Shown one piece after another: positions 15,917-24,608 of a DNA stretch of 64,000 bases (positions are counted from its first letter, which is position 1; each line of letters begins with the position of its first letter). The notes under the pieces are model-generated. The model saw only the letters and a program-made list of their open reading frames with translations. It was not told the DNA's origin and ran no database searches. The stretch is from positions 5,154 through 69,153 of the forward strand of contig DJYI01000100.1 of assembly GCA_002448475.1 (NCBI GenBank). The letters run 5' to 3'. The position numbers and the translations under genes were made by a program. The DNA is from Verrucomicrobia bacterium UBA6982. GTDB lineage: Bacteria; Verrucomicrobiota; Kiritimatiellia; RFP12; UBA3636.

Positions 15917-17230
15917 TTACCTCTTATCCTCGGCCGCGGCGAACCGGTTCCATTTGGCAAGGGCGCGCAGCGAAAGGCACATGGCGGCGGCAAGCACCGC
16001 GATCCAAAGGGCAAACACCGGGCGCCACCCGGAGAATCGCTCGTGGATTGCGGCGAAGCCGTAGATGGACGCAGCCGCGCCGACGTATGTGAACGCGTTG
16101 AGAATCCCCGAAACCGCGCCCACGCAGCCATATTTGGAGAACCTTCCGGGCAATTCGCCTATCAGCATGAGGTTGGCGCCGTGCATGCAGGCGGAGAGCG
16201 TCGCCAGAACCGGAAGCCCGAACCACAGCGCCCATCCTCCGGAGACGAAGAGCGCGGACGCGCAGACAAGGCCGATGCCGAAGAGCGCCGCGGCGGATTT
16301 TATCTCCCCTCCGAGCGCACGGCGCAGCGCTCTGGCGGCGGCCATGCTCGCGACGCCGAACACCGGGAGAAGCGTCACGGAAAACACGGAATCAGCCGTG
16401 CCAAGGCCGAAAACGTCCCGGACGATGCTCGGGGCCCACACTTCGATGCCGTCGCGCATCACGCCCTGACACGTTATGGCCCCCATTGCGAAAAACATCC
16501 CGGAAGCGCCCAGCAGCGGCAGGATCGGGGTCTTGGAGCGCTGAACGTTACTTCCCCGGGCTGCGCCGCCTTTGGAGCTTTCCTCGGATTCAGCGGATGA
16601 ATCGCCTGAAGGTGGAGTGGCGCGGCGGCTCCGGAACATCGCTCCGCGCCAAATTGCGGCCATCGCGAAGGCCGCGACCGCGACGACGTCGAAAGTGGTG
16701 CGCCATCCAGCGAAGCGAATGCATCCGGAGACAAGCAGGAATACCGCCACGATCGAGGCGTTCGAAGCCACGCTTATCCAGAACACCGCGCTTTTGAATC
16801 GTTCCGGACTAAGGCGGTCTGCAATGATCTTGACGAGCGGTGGCCAGAACATCGCCTGGGAAAAGCCATTCACGGCCCAGAGCGCGGCCATGGCAGGAAC
16901 GCACGCCGCGCCGGCCGCCATTGGCATTGCCAAGTTGCACGACGCGGTGACGAGGAGCGCGAGAAAGACTATTCGCCGCGGGTCGAAGCGGTCGGCGAGA
17001 AATCCCGTCACGAACTGACCCGATCCGTAGAGCGCGACCGCGGCGGTGCTGGCCAGCCCCGCCGCAGTGCGCGCCAGACCCGTCTCCTCGCAGATGGCGA
17101 GAATCGACGCGTCGTAGCCCTTTCGCGTCAGATAGCTTGTGAAATAGACGGCGCAGCACAGCGCGGTCAGCAAAGCGTAGCACGGTCCGTCCCGCGAGTC
17201 CGAACGGGAACTTCCGGAGGGGGCATTCAT
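15917..17230 (-). CDS. MFS transporter (organophosphate/sugar-phosphate-antiporter-like)
   Basis: About 12 predicted TM helices with MFS-like loops. ATG 17230 overlaps the tsaE stop (ATGA). Confidence 0.75.
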   Translation of the reverse strand: MNAPSGSSRSDSRDGPCYALLTALCCAVYFTSYLTRKGYDASILAICEETGLARTAAGLASTAAVALYGSGQFVTGFLADRFDPRRIVFLALLVTASCNLAMPMAAGAACVPAMAALWAVNGFSQAMFWPPLVKIIADRLSPERFKSAVFWISVASNASIVAVFLLVSGCIRFAGWRTTFDVVAVAAFAMAAIWRGAMFRSRRATPPSGDSSAESEESSKGGAARGSNVQRSKTPILPLLGASGMFFAMGAITCQGVMRDGIEVWAPSIVRDVFGLGTADSVFSVTLLPVFGVASMAAARALRRALGGEIKSAAALFGIGLVCASALFVSGGWALWFGLPVLATLSACMHGANLMLIGELPGRFSKYGCVGAVSGILNAFTYVGAAASIYGFAAIHERFSGWRPVFALWIAVLAAAMCLSLRALAKWNRFAAAEDKR

Positions 17231-17700
17231 TCGACAGTGTTGTCTTGAGTCGGGGGCGCGAAGGAAATTCTCCGTGTCTCCGGATCGCCGTCGGAGACGC
17301 GTTCTATCGACACCCGAGCGGTGCGGCGCGAGGGAAGAAACCGCCCGGCGCGCTCGGGCCATTCAACGGCGAGAGTGTCGCCGCTGTCAATGTAGTCGTC
17401 CCAGCCGATGCTTTCAAGCTCGTCGGGGCCGGAGAGGCGATAAAGGTCAAGGTGAACGAGCCGCGGCGAGCCGCCATCGCCGCCGTATTCATTCGCGATC
17501 GCGAAAGTGGGGGAGTAGACGGCGGCGCGGACGCCCAGGCCGTCGCAAAGCCCCTGCACAAAACGGGTCTTGCCGGCGCCAAGGTCGCCCGAAAGCGCCC
17601 ACACGGCACCCGGGCCGCACGCGGCGGCGAGCGTGCGCGCGAATTCGCGCGTCTCGGCCTCGCCCCGGGTCAGGCGGATTTCGGGATCCGGAAATTTCAT
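17227..17700 (-). CDS. tsaE: tRNA threonylcarbamoyladenosine biosynthesis ATPase TsaE
   Basis: GDLGAGKTRFVQG P-loop, SPTFAIANEY and HLDLYRL. Start at MKFPDPEIRL (17700). Confidence 0.85.
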   Translation of the reverse strand: MKFPDPEIRLTRGEAETREFARTLAAACGPGAVWALSGDLGAGKTRFVQGLCDGLGVRAAVYSPTFAIANEYGGDGGSPRLVHLDLYRLSGPDELESIGWDDYIDSGDTLAVEWPERAGRFLPSRRTARVSIERVSDGDPETRRISFAPPTQDNTVE

Positions 17701-17710
17701 TGCCAAGCTC

Positions 17711-18868
17711 CTAGCCGCGCGCCGGGGATCCGGACGGCGCGGACTTGGCCCGGGCCGGGGCCGAGTCTTCCATGACAAGCTGGCCAAGGCTGTCGAAGCA
17801 GCGAAGCGAAACGGAGCCGGACGTGGAAACGCGGACGTCGCCCACGACGTGATAGCGCCGCTCGCGGGAAAGTCGCGAAGAGCAGACGACGGGGCACGGA
17901 GCGCCATAGGAGTCGTGCGGTCCGCCAGGCGGCTCCAGCCAGCATTCGTGCAGATGTCCGGTCAGCATGGCCTGCACTTTCAGCTTTCGCAGGAAGCCGC
18001 ACCAGCGCTTCCATCGCGGCCCCTCGATGTCGAACGGCGCCTCAAGCCGGTAGGGCAGGGGAATGTGGCAGACGACAACGCGCCAGCGCGCTCCCGGAGG
18101 CGGGCCGCGCCGGACTATCGAGCGCAGCCATTGCTCCTGCTCCTCCCGGAACGCCTCGCAGCAGACAGTGTGTCCGTATTCGGCGTGGCTGTCGGCCTTG
18201 TCCTCGCCGCCGTCCAGCACGAGGCCCCAGACGGGACCGGCCCGGAATTCATAATACGAGCGTCCGCCGTCAGTCGGCGTAAGCTCGGCGTAAAGCTCCG
18301 CGGAGACGCCGCGCAGGTCATGGTTCCCGCGCGCGAAAACGCACGGAATGCGGCCTTCGGAGATTCGTCCGGCAATGACGTGCGGAACGGCCATGCGCTC
18401 CGGCGAGCCGCAGTCTTCGGGAATGTCGCCGCCGAGCGCCAGCAAGTCCGGGGGGCCGCCGGCTGCGGCGCAGGCCGCCGCGGCGGCGGATACCGGGGCG
18501 TCCACGAGACTGTGCGTGTCTGCCACATTGAGAACGCGGAGCGAGGAGCCGCGGGGGCGGCAGGGGCGGAAGTCGCGGACTTCAAGACGCCGCACGTCGC
18601 CCGTTTCCGTGAAATAGGGCTTGCGCTCCCGTATTTCGCGCAGGACGACCGTGTAGGCGCGCGCGCGGTCAAGGACGCTCTGGGGCAGAGTCGCCATGTG
18701 GACAGTCCGCCCCGAGCGCAGTATGCCGTTGGCGTGATCGAAGAAACTGCGACCGCCGCACTCCACGGCCATCGTGCACTGCGCGGTAGTAGCTACGCAG
18801 ACGCAGTAAGCGCCGCCAACGGCGTAAACCGATGGCGGCGCGGCGAAAAGTGGCGGAAGACCGTTCAA
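17711..18868 (-). CDS. metallophosphoesterase (calcineurin-like)
   Basis: Motifs VADTH, GGDIPED, RGNHD and GHLHE occur in the canonical order. Confidence 0.8.
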   Translation of the reverse strand: MNGLPPLFAAPPSVYAVGGAYCVCVATTAQCTMAVECGGRSFFDHANGILRSGRTVHMATLPQSVLDRARAYTVVLREIRERKPYFTETGDVRRLEVRDFRPCRPRGSSLRVLNVADTHSLVDAPVSAAAAACAAAGGPPDLLALGGDIPEDCGSPERMAVPHVIAGRISEGRIPCVFARGNHDLRGVSAELYAELTPTDGGRSYYEFRAGPVWGLVLDGGEDKADSHAEYGHTVCCEAFREEQEQWLRSIVRRGPPPGARWRVVVCHIPLPYRLEAPFDIEGPRWKRWCGFLRKLKVQAMLTGHLHECWLEPPGGPHDSYGAPCPVVCSSRLSRERRYHVVGDVRVSTSGSVSLRCFDSLGQLVMEDSAPARAKSAPSGSPARG

Positions 18869-18877
18869 GTCGGCGGC

Positions 18878-19828
18878 CTACTTGTTCTTTTCGATGAAGG
18901 CGCGCGCGTCGTCCACCTGATAGGCGGAGCCGAGGAGGCAGTTCTTCTCGTAGATGAAGTCCGCATATTCCTTCATGAAGATCTTTCCGGGATCGCGAAG
19001 GTCGAACTTCTCCGGCTTGTCGCGGAAGAACTCGCGGTGGACGCGCGTCCAGACGAGGCGGCCGTCGGTGTCGATGTTGATCTTGGTGACGCCGCGCTTG
19101 GCCGCGCCGAGGAACTGCGTGGCGTCCACGCCCTTGGCGCCCTTGATCGCGCCGCCGGCGGCGTTGATGCGGGCCACCTCCCCCGGAGGCACCGATGAGG
19201 ATCCGTGCATGACGAGCGGGAAGCCGGGGAGCTTCTTCTGGATTTCCTCGAGAATGTCGTAGCGAAGCTTCTGATCGCCGGAGAACTTGAAGGCGCCGTG
19301 CGATGTGCCAATCGCGCATGCGAGCGAGTCGCAGCCGGTCTTGGAGACGAAATCGACGACCTCCTCGGGCTTGGTGTAAACATGCTCGGCGGCCGTGACG
19401 TCCTCTTCGACGCCCTTGAGCTGCCCGAGTTCGGCCTCGACGACGATGCCCTTGGCATGGGCCGCGTCAACGACGCGCTTGGTGATGGCGACGTTTTCGT
19501 CGTAGGGGAACGCCGACGCGTCGATCATGACCGAGGAATAGACGCCGGAGGCGATGCAGTCCATGCAGGTCTTTTCGTCGCCGTGGTCAAGGTGGACGGC
19601 GAAGACGGCCTCGGGGAAGATCTCGTTGGCGGTCGTCATCATCGCTTCGAGCATCTTCTTGTGCGTGTAGGAGCGGGCGCCCTTCGAGAGCTGGACGATG
19701 AAGGGGGCCTTGGAGCGGACGTTGCCTTCAAAGAGGCCCATGGTCTGCTCGAGGTTGTTGATGTTGTATGCGCCGATCGCGTATTTGCCGTAGGCGTGCG
19801 CGAAAAGCTGTTTGGTGGTGACGATCAT
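18878..19828 (-). CDS. fba: class II fructose-bisphosphate aldolase
   Basis: 316 aa. The N-terminus AIGAYNINNLEQ, plus HLDHG and GTSHGAFKF, are typical class II FBA motifs. Confidence 0.9.
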   Translation of the reverse strand: MIVTTKQLFAHAYGKYAIGAYNINNLEQTMGLFEGNVRSKAPFIVQLSKGARSYTHKKMLEAMMTTANEIFPEAVFAVHLDHGDEKTCMDCIASGVYSSVMIDASAFPYDENVAITKRVVDAAHAKGIVVEAELGQLKGVEEDVTAAEHVYTKPEEVVDFVSKTGCDSLACAIGTSHGAFKFSGDQKLRYDILEEIQKKLPGFPLVMHGSSSVPPGEVARINAAGGAIKGAKGVDATQFLGAAKRGVTKINIDTDGRLVWTRVHREFFRDKPEKFDLRDPGKIFMKEYADFIYEKNCLLGSAYQVDDARAFIEKNK

Positions 19829-19894
19829 TGCGTTTTCCGTGTTGGATTCGGTATCTGTACCGGCAACCGCCGCGCGGTGCGACGGCGGGAGGGG

Positions 19895-19923
19895 ATGCTA
19901 CGCTCCCCCCCGCCGCAAGTCAA
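19895..19923 (-). promoter_or_regulatory. promoter candidate for fba (TTGACT - 17 nt - TAGCAT on the minus strand)
   Basis: The reverse complement reads TTGACTtgcggcgggggggagcgTAGCAT, about 66 nt upstream of the fba ATG. The -35 overlaps the beta-mannosidase stop codon. Confidence 0.3.
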
Positions 19924-22346
19924 GGAAAAGACGATGAAAGATGCGAAAGCGAGAATGCTCGGCGGAATGTCTCCGCATCAGTCCCATGTCCCTTGGGTGA
20001 AAACACGAGAGTGCGCGGCTCTCCCGGCAGGAGCGTGATGGAGTTGTCGGAAAACTCCCCGGGAACGCCCCTGGCGTTGGCCCAGACGAAAAACGCCGGC
20101 TTGTCGGTCGATAGCGTCACACGGAGGCCGTCGAACTCCGCGGTCACTGACGCATCCGCAATCGGCGCGTCCCTGAACGAGGCGAAGAAGAAGTCGCTCT
20201 CGTGGAGCCACGACATGCCCTCGGTGCGACCGCGCAGTTCCAGCGCCACGAAACGTGCGCCGCGCTCGGCGGCCCCGCCGAAGGAGGCGAGAGGTCTGGA
20301 GCGGAGGAGAGTCGCAGAACCCGGCTGGAGAACGGCGCGGACGGTCTCCGCCCCCGCGACCGAGCCGTCAAACCCGACAAGGCGAACGCGCGCCTCCGCC
20401 GCCACCGTCTGCGGCGTGTCGTTGAGAGCCCATATCTCCAATTCGTCCGGAGAGTCCGGCGATGGCTTTGCCACAATGGCCACGGGGGCGAAAAATCGGC
20501 GGGCATGGTAATGCAGGTGCTTCCACTTGCCGCCATAGTCGATTGAACTCCACGATGAAACCGGCCACAGGTCGTTGAGCTGCCAGTAGAGGGTCCCCAT
20601 GCAGCGCGGACGGAGCGTTCGCCACGCCTCGACTGCCGTCCTGATTGCGAGAGCCTGCTGAACTTGAGAGAGGTAGAGAACGGCGTCCGGGTCGCGGGCA
20701 GGCGGGAAGAGCCTGGCGAGACTGGTCCTGATGCGGTTGTTTCCGCCGATGTTTTTCTGGTGCCATTCAAAGTCCGGCTCGCCGGAGCGGGCCTTTCCCG
20801 GGGGGCAGAAGGTCTGAGCCACTTCGGGCGATGGGAAGCTCTGGTAGCCGAATTCGCTGCAAAAGCGCGGCTTGTAGCGGCGATATTCCGAAAAGTCCTG
20901 AGTCTGGGACCATATGTCCCAGATGTGCATGTCGCCGCGCGAGTCGTCATGCCAGGCGTCCTGCTCGAAATCGGCGACGCCGGGGCAGGGGGAAGAAGGC
21001 CAGAACGCGCGCGAGGGATCGCATCGCCGGACGATCTCGCTCTGGACCGCGTAGCGCGCCTTGGCCTCCGCGATGTAGGAGGGACGCTCCTCCGGCGTGA
21101 TCTTGTCCGCATACCATCGGCTAGCGGCTCCGACGCACTCGTTGTCGCCGCACCATAGCGCGATGCAGGCGTGATCGCGGAGCCTCCGCACCTGATGCTC
21201 AAGTTCGGCGCTGACGCCGTCGAGAAAGGCGCGATCCGCCGGATAGACGGCGCAGGAGAACATCTGGTCGTGCCAGACCAGAAGGCCGAGCTCGTCGCAG
21301 ATGTCGTAGAAGCAGTCCTTTTCGAACTGCCCGCCACCCCAGAGCCGGATCATGTTCATGTTGGCGGCGGCGGCGCTTTCGAGCAGGTCGCGGTAGCGAG
21401 CGGGAGTCTGGCGCGAATCAAAGGCGTCGCACGGAATCCAGTTCGCGCCCTTGACGAAGATCGGGCGGTTGTTGACCAGAAATCGCATCGCTCCGCCGGT
21501 CGTGTCGAGTTCCAGCTTGCGCAGCCCGATGCGGCCGCGAAGAGTCCTGCCCCCCACGGGAACCGCGTATTCGTGGAACCGCTGCGGACCCTGCCCCGCC
21601 GGCCACCAGAGCGGCGGGTCGTCGATTTCGACCGTGTTCACGACATCCTCGCCGGATTCGAGAATCGCGTGGACTCGCAAGGAACAGTGACTCAGATCGT
21701 CGGAGAACGTCTGGTCGCAGAAGACGTAGTCGATGCGGTCGCCGTCGGAGGCGAGAAGCGCCACGTCGCCGCACGGCCCCGTCGTCATCTGCGCAAGCCC
21801 CCAGTCCCAGCCGCGATGGCAGGCTGGCTTGCGGACTAGGGAGCCGTTCTGGAACCATGCCAGCTCGGAGCAGCTCATCGGATACTGGCGCCCGATTGCG
21901 GCGGCCCGTTCGTCGCCCCTGCTCCATGCGCTGGCGAACGCGATGCGGATTTCGTTGCGCCCCTCGCGGACGATCCCGCGCACGTCAAAATCCCAGCGCC
22001 GGAAGCGGTTGTCAGTTTCGCCGACTTTTGCGCCGTTGAGGAAAACCGTCGCGAAGGTGTCGCAGTCCTCGATGCGCAGCACGAGCGATGAATGTTCGGA
22101 AAAGCCGGCTTCAACGTCGAAGGCGCGCGAAAAAGTCCAGTCGCCCTTCGCGACCCACTGAACCCGTTTTTCGTTGTCGCCGAAAAACGGATCCGGAATC
22201 GCATTGGCGGCGAGGAGGGCGGAATGGACGTCTCCGGGGACCATGGCCGGACAAGAAAGAGGCCTGCCGCGCTCGTCGAAACCGTCAAGTCGCCATTTGC
22301 CGCCGAGGTCGAGGCGTGGCGTATTTGGGAAATCTGCCATTTGCAT
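19920..22346 (-). CDS. GH2 beta-mannosidase
   Basis: 808 aa. The N-terminus (LGGKWRL...VPGDVHSALL...IPDPFFGDNE) is typical of beta-mannosidases. The GH2 catalytic region contains WCGDNE and EFGYQSFP. Confidence 0.85.
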   Translation of the reverse strand: MQMADFPNTPRLDLGGKWRLDGFDERGRPLSCPAMVPGDVHSALLAANAIPDPFFGDNEKRVQWVAKGDWTFSRAFDVEAGFSEHSSLVLRIEDCDTFATVFLNGAKVGETDNRFRRWDFDVRGIVREGRNEIRIAFASAWSRGDERAAAIGRQYPMSCSELAWFQNGSLVRKPACHRGWDWGLAQMTTGPCGDVALLASDGDRIDYVFCDQTFSDDLSHCSLRVHAILESGEDVVNTVEIDDPPLWWPAGQGPQRFHEYAVPVGGRTLRGRIGLRKLELDTTGGAMRFLVNNRPIFVKGANWIPCDAFDSRQTPARYRDLLESAAAANMNMIRLWGGGQFEKDCFYDICDELGLLVWHDQMFSCAVYPADRAFLDGVSAELEHQVRRLRDHACIALWCGDNECVGAASRWYADKITPEERPSYIAEAKARYAVQSEIVRRCDPSRAFWPSSPCPGVADFEQDAWHDDSRGDMHIWDIWSQTQDFSEYRRYKPRFCSEFGYQSFPSPEVAQTFCPPGKARSGEPDFEWHQKNIGGNNRIRTSLARLFPPARDPDAVLYLSQVQQALAIRTAVEAWRTLRPRCMGTLYWQLNDLWPVSSWSSIDYGGKWKHLHYHARRFFAPVAIVAKPSPDSPDELEIWALNDTPQTVAAEARVRLVGFDGSVAGAETVRAVLQPGSATLLRSRPLASFGGAAERGARFVALELRGRTEGMSWLHESDFFFASFRDAPIADASVTAEFDGLRVTLSTDKPAFFVWANARGVPGEFSDNSITLLPGEPRTLVFSPKGHGTDAETFRRAFSLSHLSSSFP

Positions 22347-22454
22347 TGTAGGCCGTCGATTCTAGCAAGCCGCCGGAAAGAATGCAAAAAACGGCGCGGC
22401 AGCAACGCCGAGACCTTCGGAGAATCCCCGCGCTGCCATCCGATCCGCCATTTG

Positions 22455-22495
22455 ATTCAAATTGAATTGACTACGGGGCGGCAATGCGACATAAT
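22455..22495 (+). promoter_or_regulatory. promoter candidate (TTGACT - 17 nt - CATAAT) preceded by the 13-bp palindrome ATTCAAATTGAAT
   Basis: Palindrome at 22455-22467, -35 at 22467-22472 and -10 at 22490-22495. It lies in the divergent gap between the mannosidase gene and the T3S-like operon. Confidence 0.3.
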
Positions 22496-22880
22496 GACGG
22501 CCATGAACCCGTCCGACCAAGATTTTGACGAATATCTCGCAAGAATCCGCAAGACGATTGCGGAGTCCGAAAACATGGTTGCCCAGGCCGAACTTCGGAT
22601 GCGAGAGACCGACCGCCTCCTTGAGGCGCAGGGCCTGACGCGCGAACAAGTTCTCGCCCTTCGCTTCTCGAAGGAGCAGAAGCTAGCCGTCAACGAGGAG
22701 CTGCGCCGCCGTGGGCTTCCACCGCTGGAGGACGACGGCGCTGAGCCTGACGACGATCCGGACGCGCCTCCGAAGGTCGGAATCCCCGCCGCGCCGACGT
22801 TCACCGCCGGCGATTCACAGGGCGATCTCGAAAATCGCCAGCGCAAATTCGGGATGATGATGAAACCTTTTTCCATCTGA
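22494..22880 (+). CDS. small helical/acidic hypothetical protein, first gene of the T3S translocon-like operon
   Basis: 128 aa (125 aa if ATG 22503 is used). The helical N-terminal half is followed by an acidic Pro-rich linker. It occupies the position LcrG/PcrG has in lcrGVH-yopBD. Confidence 0.5.
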   Translation: MTAMNPSDQDFDEYLARIRKTIAESENMVAQAELRMRETDRLLEAQGLTREQVLALRFSKEQKLAVNEELRRRGLPPLEDDGAEPDDDPDAPPKVGIPAAPTFTAGDSQGDLENRQRKFGMMMKPFSI

Positions 22881-22977
22881 CGTGTAGCAAGACCGAATTC
22901 ACGAACACCGAAATCCCCGGTGCCAGAAATACCGGCGAAGCGGTTTCACTAACCTCAAAAAGATACAGGAGTCAGCC

Positions 22978-23889
22978 ATGCCAATTGAAGGCAATATCCA
23001 GTTCGCGGCCTCGGCCGCAGCCGCCAGGGCGGCAGTTCAGCAGGAGCAGCCACAGACCGCGCCCACCACGGGCGCCGCCCCGGTCCTCGGCGGTCCCGGA
23101 GTCAGCGTGTCAGTGTCGGGTTCCCAGCTCGACAAACTCGTCGAAAAGGTCAAGGGCGAGAGCGACGACGCCCGCTTGGCGGCCGCCAAGCGGCGAATAG
23201 CGATCGTGCTCACCGTTCTCTCCGCCCTCAACATACAGATTTCCGACAACCAGAAGTCCGCCCTTGCACAACTGGAAGGACTCGGCGCGTTGCTGGACGA
23301 GTTGAACGAGAAACTCAAATCCGGGGATTCCTCGCTTCTGGCGTCCGAAGCGGCGTTGGCCGCGCTGCAGGCCAAGACCGAGGAGCTTGCGGCCGCCGTC
23401 GAACGCGCTGTCAAGGAGGGGGAGGCCCATCGGGCGCAGGTCGAGGAGCTCAAGCGCACCCGCTCGGCCGACGACGCCGAACTGCGCGCCGCCGAAACCG
23501 CACTTGCCAAGTCCGAGGCCGCCGCGACTGCCGCGAAGGCGTCTCTTGACAAGAACCGCGCGGACATCGACGCCGCAAAGACGAACGTTGAAGCCGCCAA
23601 GGCGAACATCGCCAACCTAAAGTCGCAAATCGCATCGACCGAAAAGAAGATCGCGGATTGCACGTCCGCAGTCGGAGACAAGGCCCTGGCCGCCATCGCC
23701 GCCGGTCTTCGCACGGAGTCCGCCAGCCACACCAACGTAGTCGGCGATCGCGAAACCGAATCCGACCGCGAGAAGGCGGAGGCGAAGCAGAAAGCCAACG
23801 ATCCCGTGCGCGCCATCCGAGCCGCGCTTGATCGCATGGACGCCGACATCCTGAGGACCATCGAGGAAAACCGCATGATTCTTGTGTGA
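22978..23889 (+). CDS. Ala-rich coiled-coil protein, candidate T3S substrate (tip or second translocator analogue)
   Basis: 303 aa with AGGAG 7 nt upstream of the ATG. It has a disordered N-terminus and long heptad-like helices. It sits immediately upstream of, and overlaps, the chaperone gene. Confidence 0.6.
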   Translation: MPIEGNIQFAASAAAARAAVQQEQPQTAPTTGAAPVLGGPGVSVSVSGSQLDKLVEKVKGESDDARLAAAKRRIAIVLTVLSALNIQISDNQKSALAQLEGLGALLDELNEKLKSGDSSLLASEAALAALQAKTEELAAAVERAVKEGEAHRAQVEELKRTRSADDAELRAAETALAKSEAAATAAKASLDKNRADIDAAKTNVEAAKANIANLKSQIASTEKKIADCTSAVGDKALAAIAAGLRTESASHTNVVGDRETESDREKAEAKQKANDPVRAIRAALDRMDADILRTIEENRMILV

Positions 23890-24500
23890 CGACAAGCGAC
23901 GTGCGGCGAGCGACGAGCAACACGCGACAAACGACCACCCAGCAACTCAACAACCCCAACCACATCAATCCGAAAATGGAAAACGAAATCAACGAAAACA
24001 GGATCATGGAAGCCGCGCAGCAGTTTGCCACGGGCTTCGCCACGATGCGCGAACTCAAGGGCATCACGTCCGCGGAAATGGAAGCCGTTTACTCCGTCGG
24101 CTTCAACATGTATCGCACAGGACGCTACGACGACGCGGAAAAGATATTCCGATTCCTCGTCCTTTTCGACCATCTCGAACCCAAATACTGGATGGGAGTG
24201 GGTGCGATCCAGCAGGTCCGCAAGGACTGGCAGGGCGCGATAGCCTCCTACGGCTACGCCTCGTTCCTTAACATGAAGGACCCGAAGCCACAGTTCCATG
24301 CCGCGGAGTGCTTCCTTGCGCTTGGCGACAAGCAAAACGCGGCTTCGGCGCTTGTCGCTCTTGACAAATACTGTCCGCCGGACACCACTCCGATCGGCCG
24401 CGAATACCGCGCCAAGGCCGCGAAGCTTCGCGAACTCATCGGCGAGGAGGCCTTTGCGGAAATCGACAAGCCGGATCCGGAACCCGCGCCCGCGAAGTAA
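23886..24500 (+). CDS. type III secretion class II (translocator) chaperone, LcrH/SycD/SicA/IpgC TPR family
   Basis: AVYSVGFNMYRTGRYDDAEKIFRFLVLFDHLEPKYWMGVGAIQQVRKDWQGAIASYGYASFLNMKDPKPQFHAAECFLALGD aligns residue for residue by eye with my recollection of Yersinia LcrH (LYSLAFNQYQSGKYEDAHKVFQALCVLDHYDSRFFLGLGACRQAMGQYDLAIHSYSYGAIMDIKEPRFPFHAAECLLQKGE). GTG 23886 overlaps the upstream stop. ATG 23976 is an alternative start giving 174 aa. Confidence 0.85.
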   Translation: MTTSDVRRATSNTRQTTTQQLNNPNHINPKMENEINENRIMEAAQQFATGFATMRELKGITSAEMEAVYSVGFNMYRTGRYDDAEKIFRFLVLFDHLEPKYWMGVGAIQQVRKDWQGAIASYGYASFLNMKDPKPQFHAAECFLALGDKQNAASALVALDKYCPPDTTPIGREYRAKAAKLRELIGEEAFAEIDKPDPEPAPAK

Positions 24501-24608
24501 CCTTTGGCGTCGGCGCGTGTAGTAGGTTTGACGCCGCCACGCGGCGTTGAACACGAACCACCAAGCAGTTCAGACCGGACAGCAGCGAACAAGAACAGGA
24601 GTCAACCC

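Noticed and set aside
14911-16092. 393-aa plus-strand ORF (and 14772-15326, 14945-15478, 15788-16600) opposite pyrC and the MFS gene
   Set aside because: These are shadow ORFs in high-GC DNA. Their composition is Arg/Gly/Ala/Pro-dominated with no recognisable motifs, and the opposite strand encodes clear dihydroorotase and MFS signatures.
17570-19198. 542-aa plus-strand ORF
   Set aside because: It is antisense to the well-supported metallophosphoesterase and fba genes and has low-complexity Arg/Ala/Gly-rich translation.
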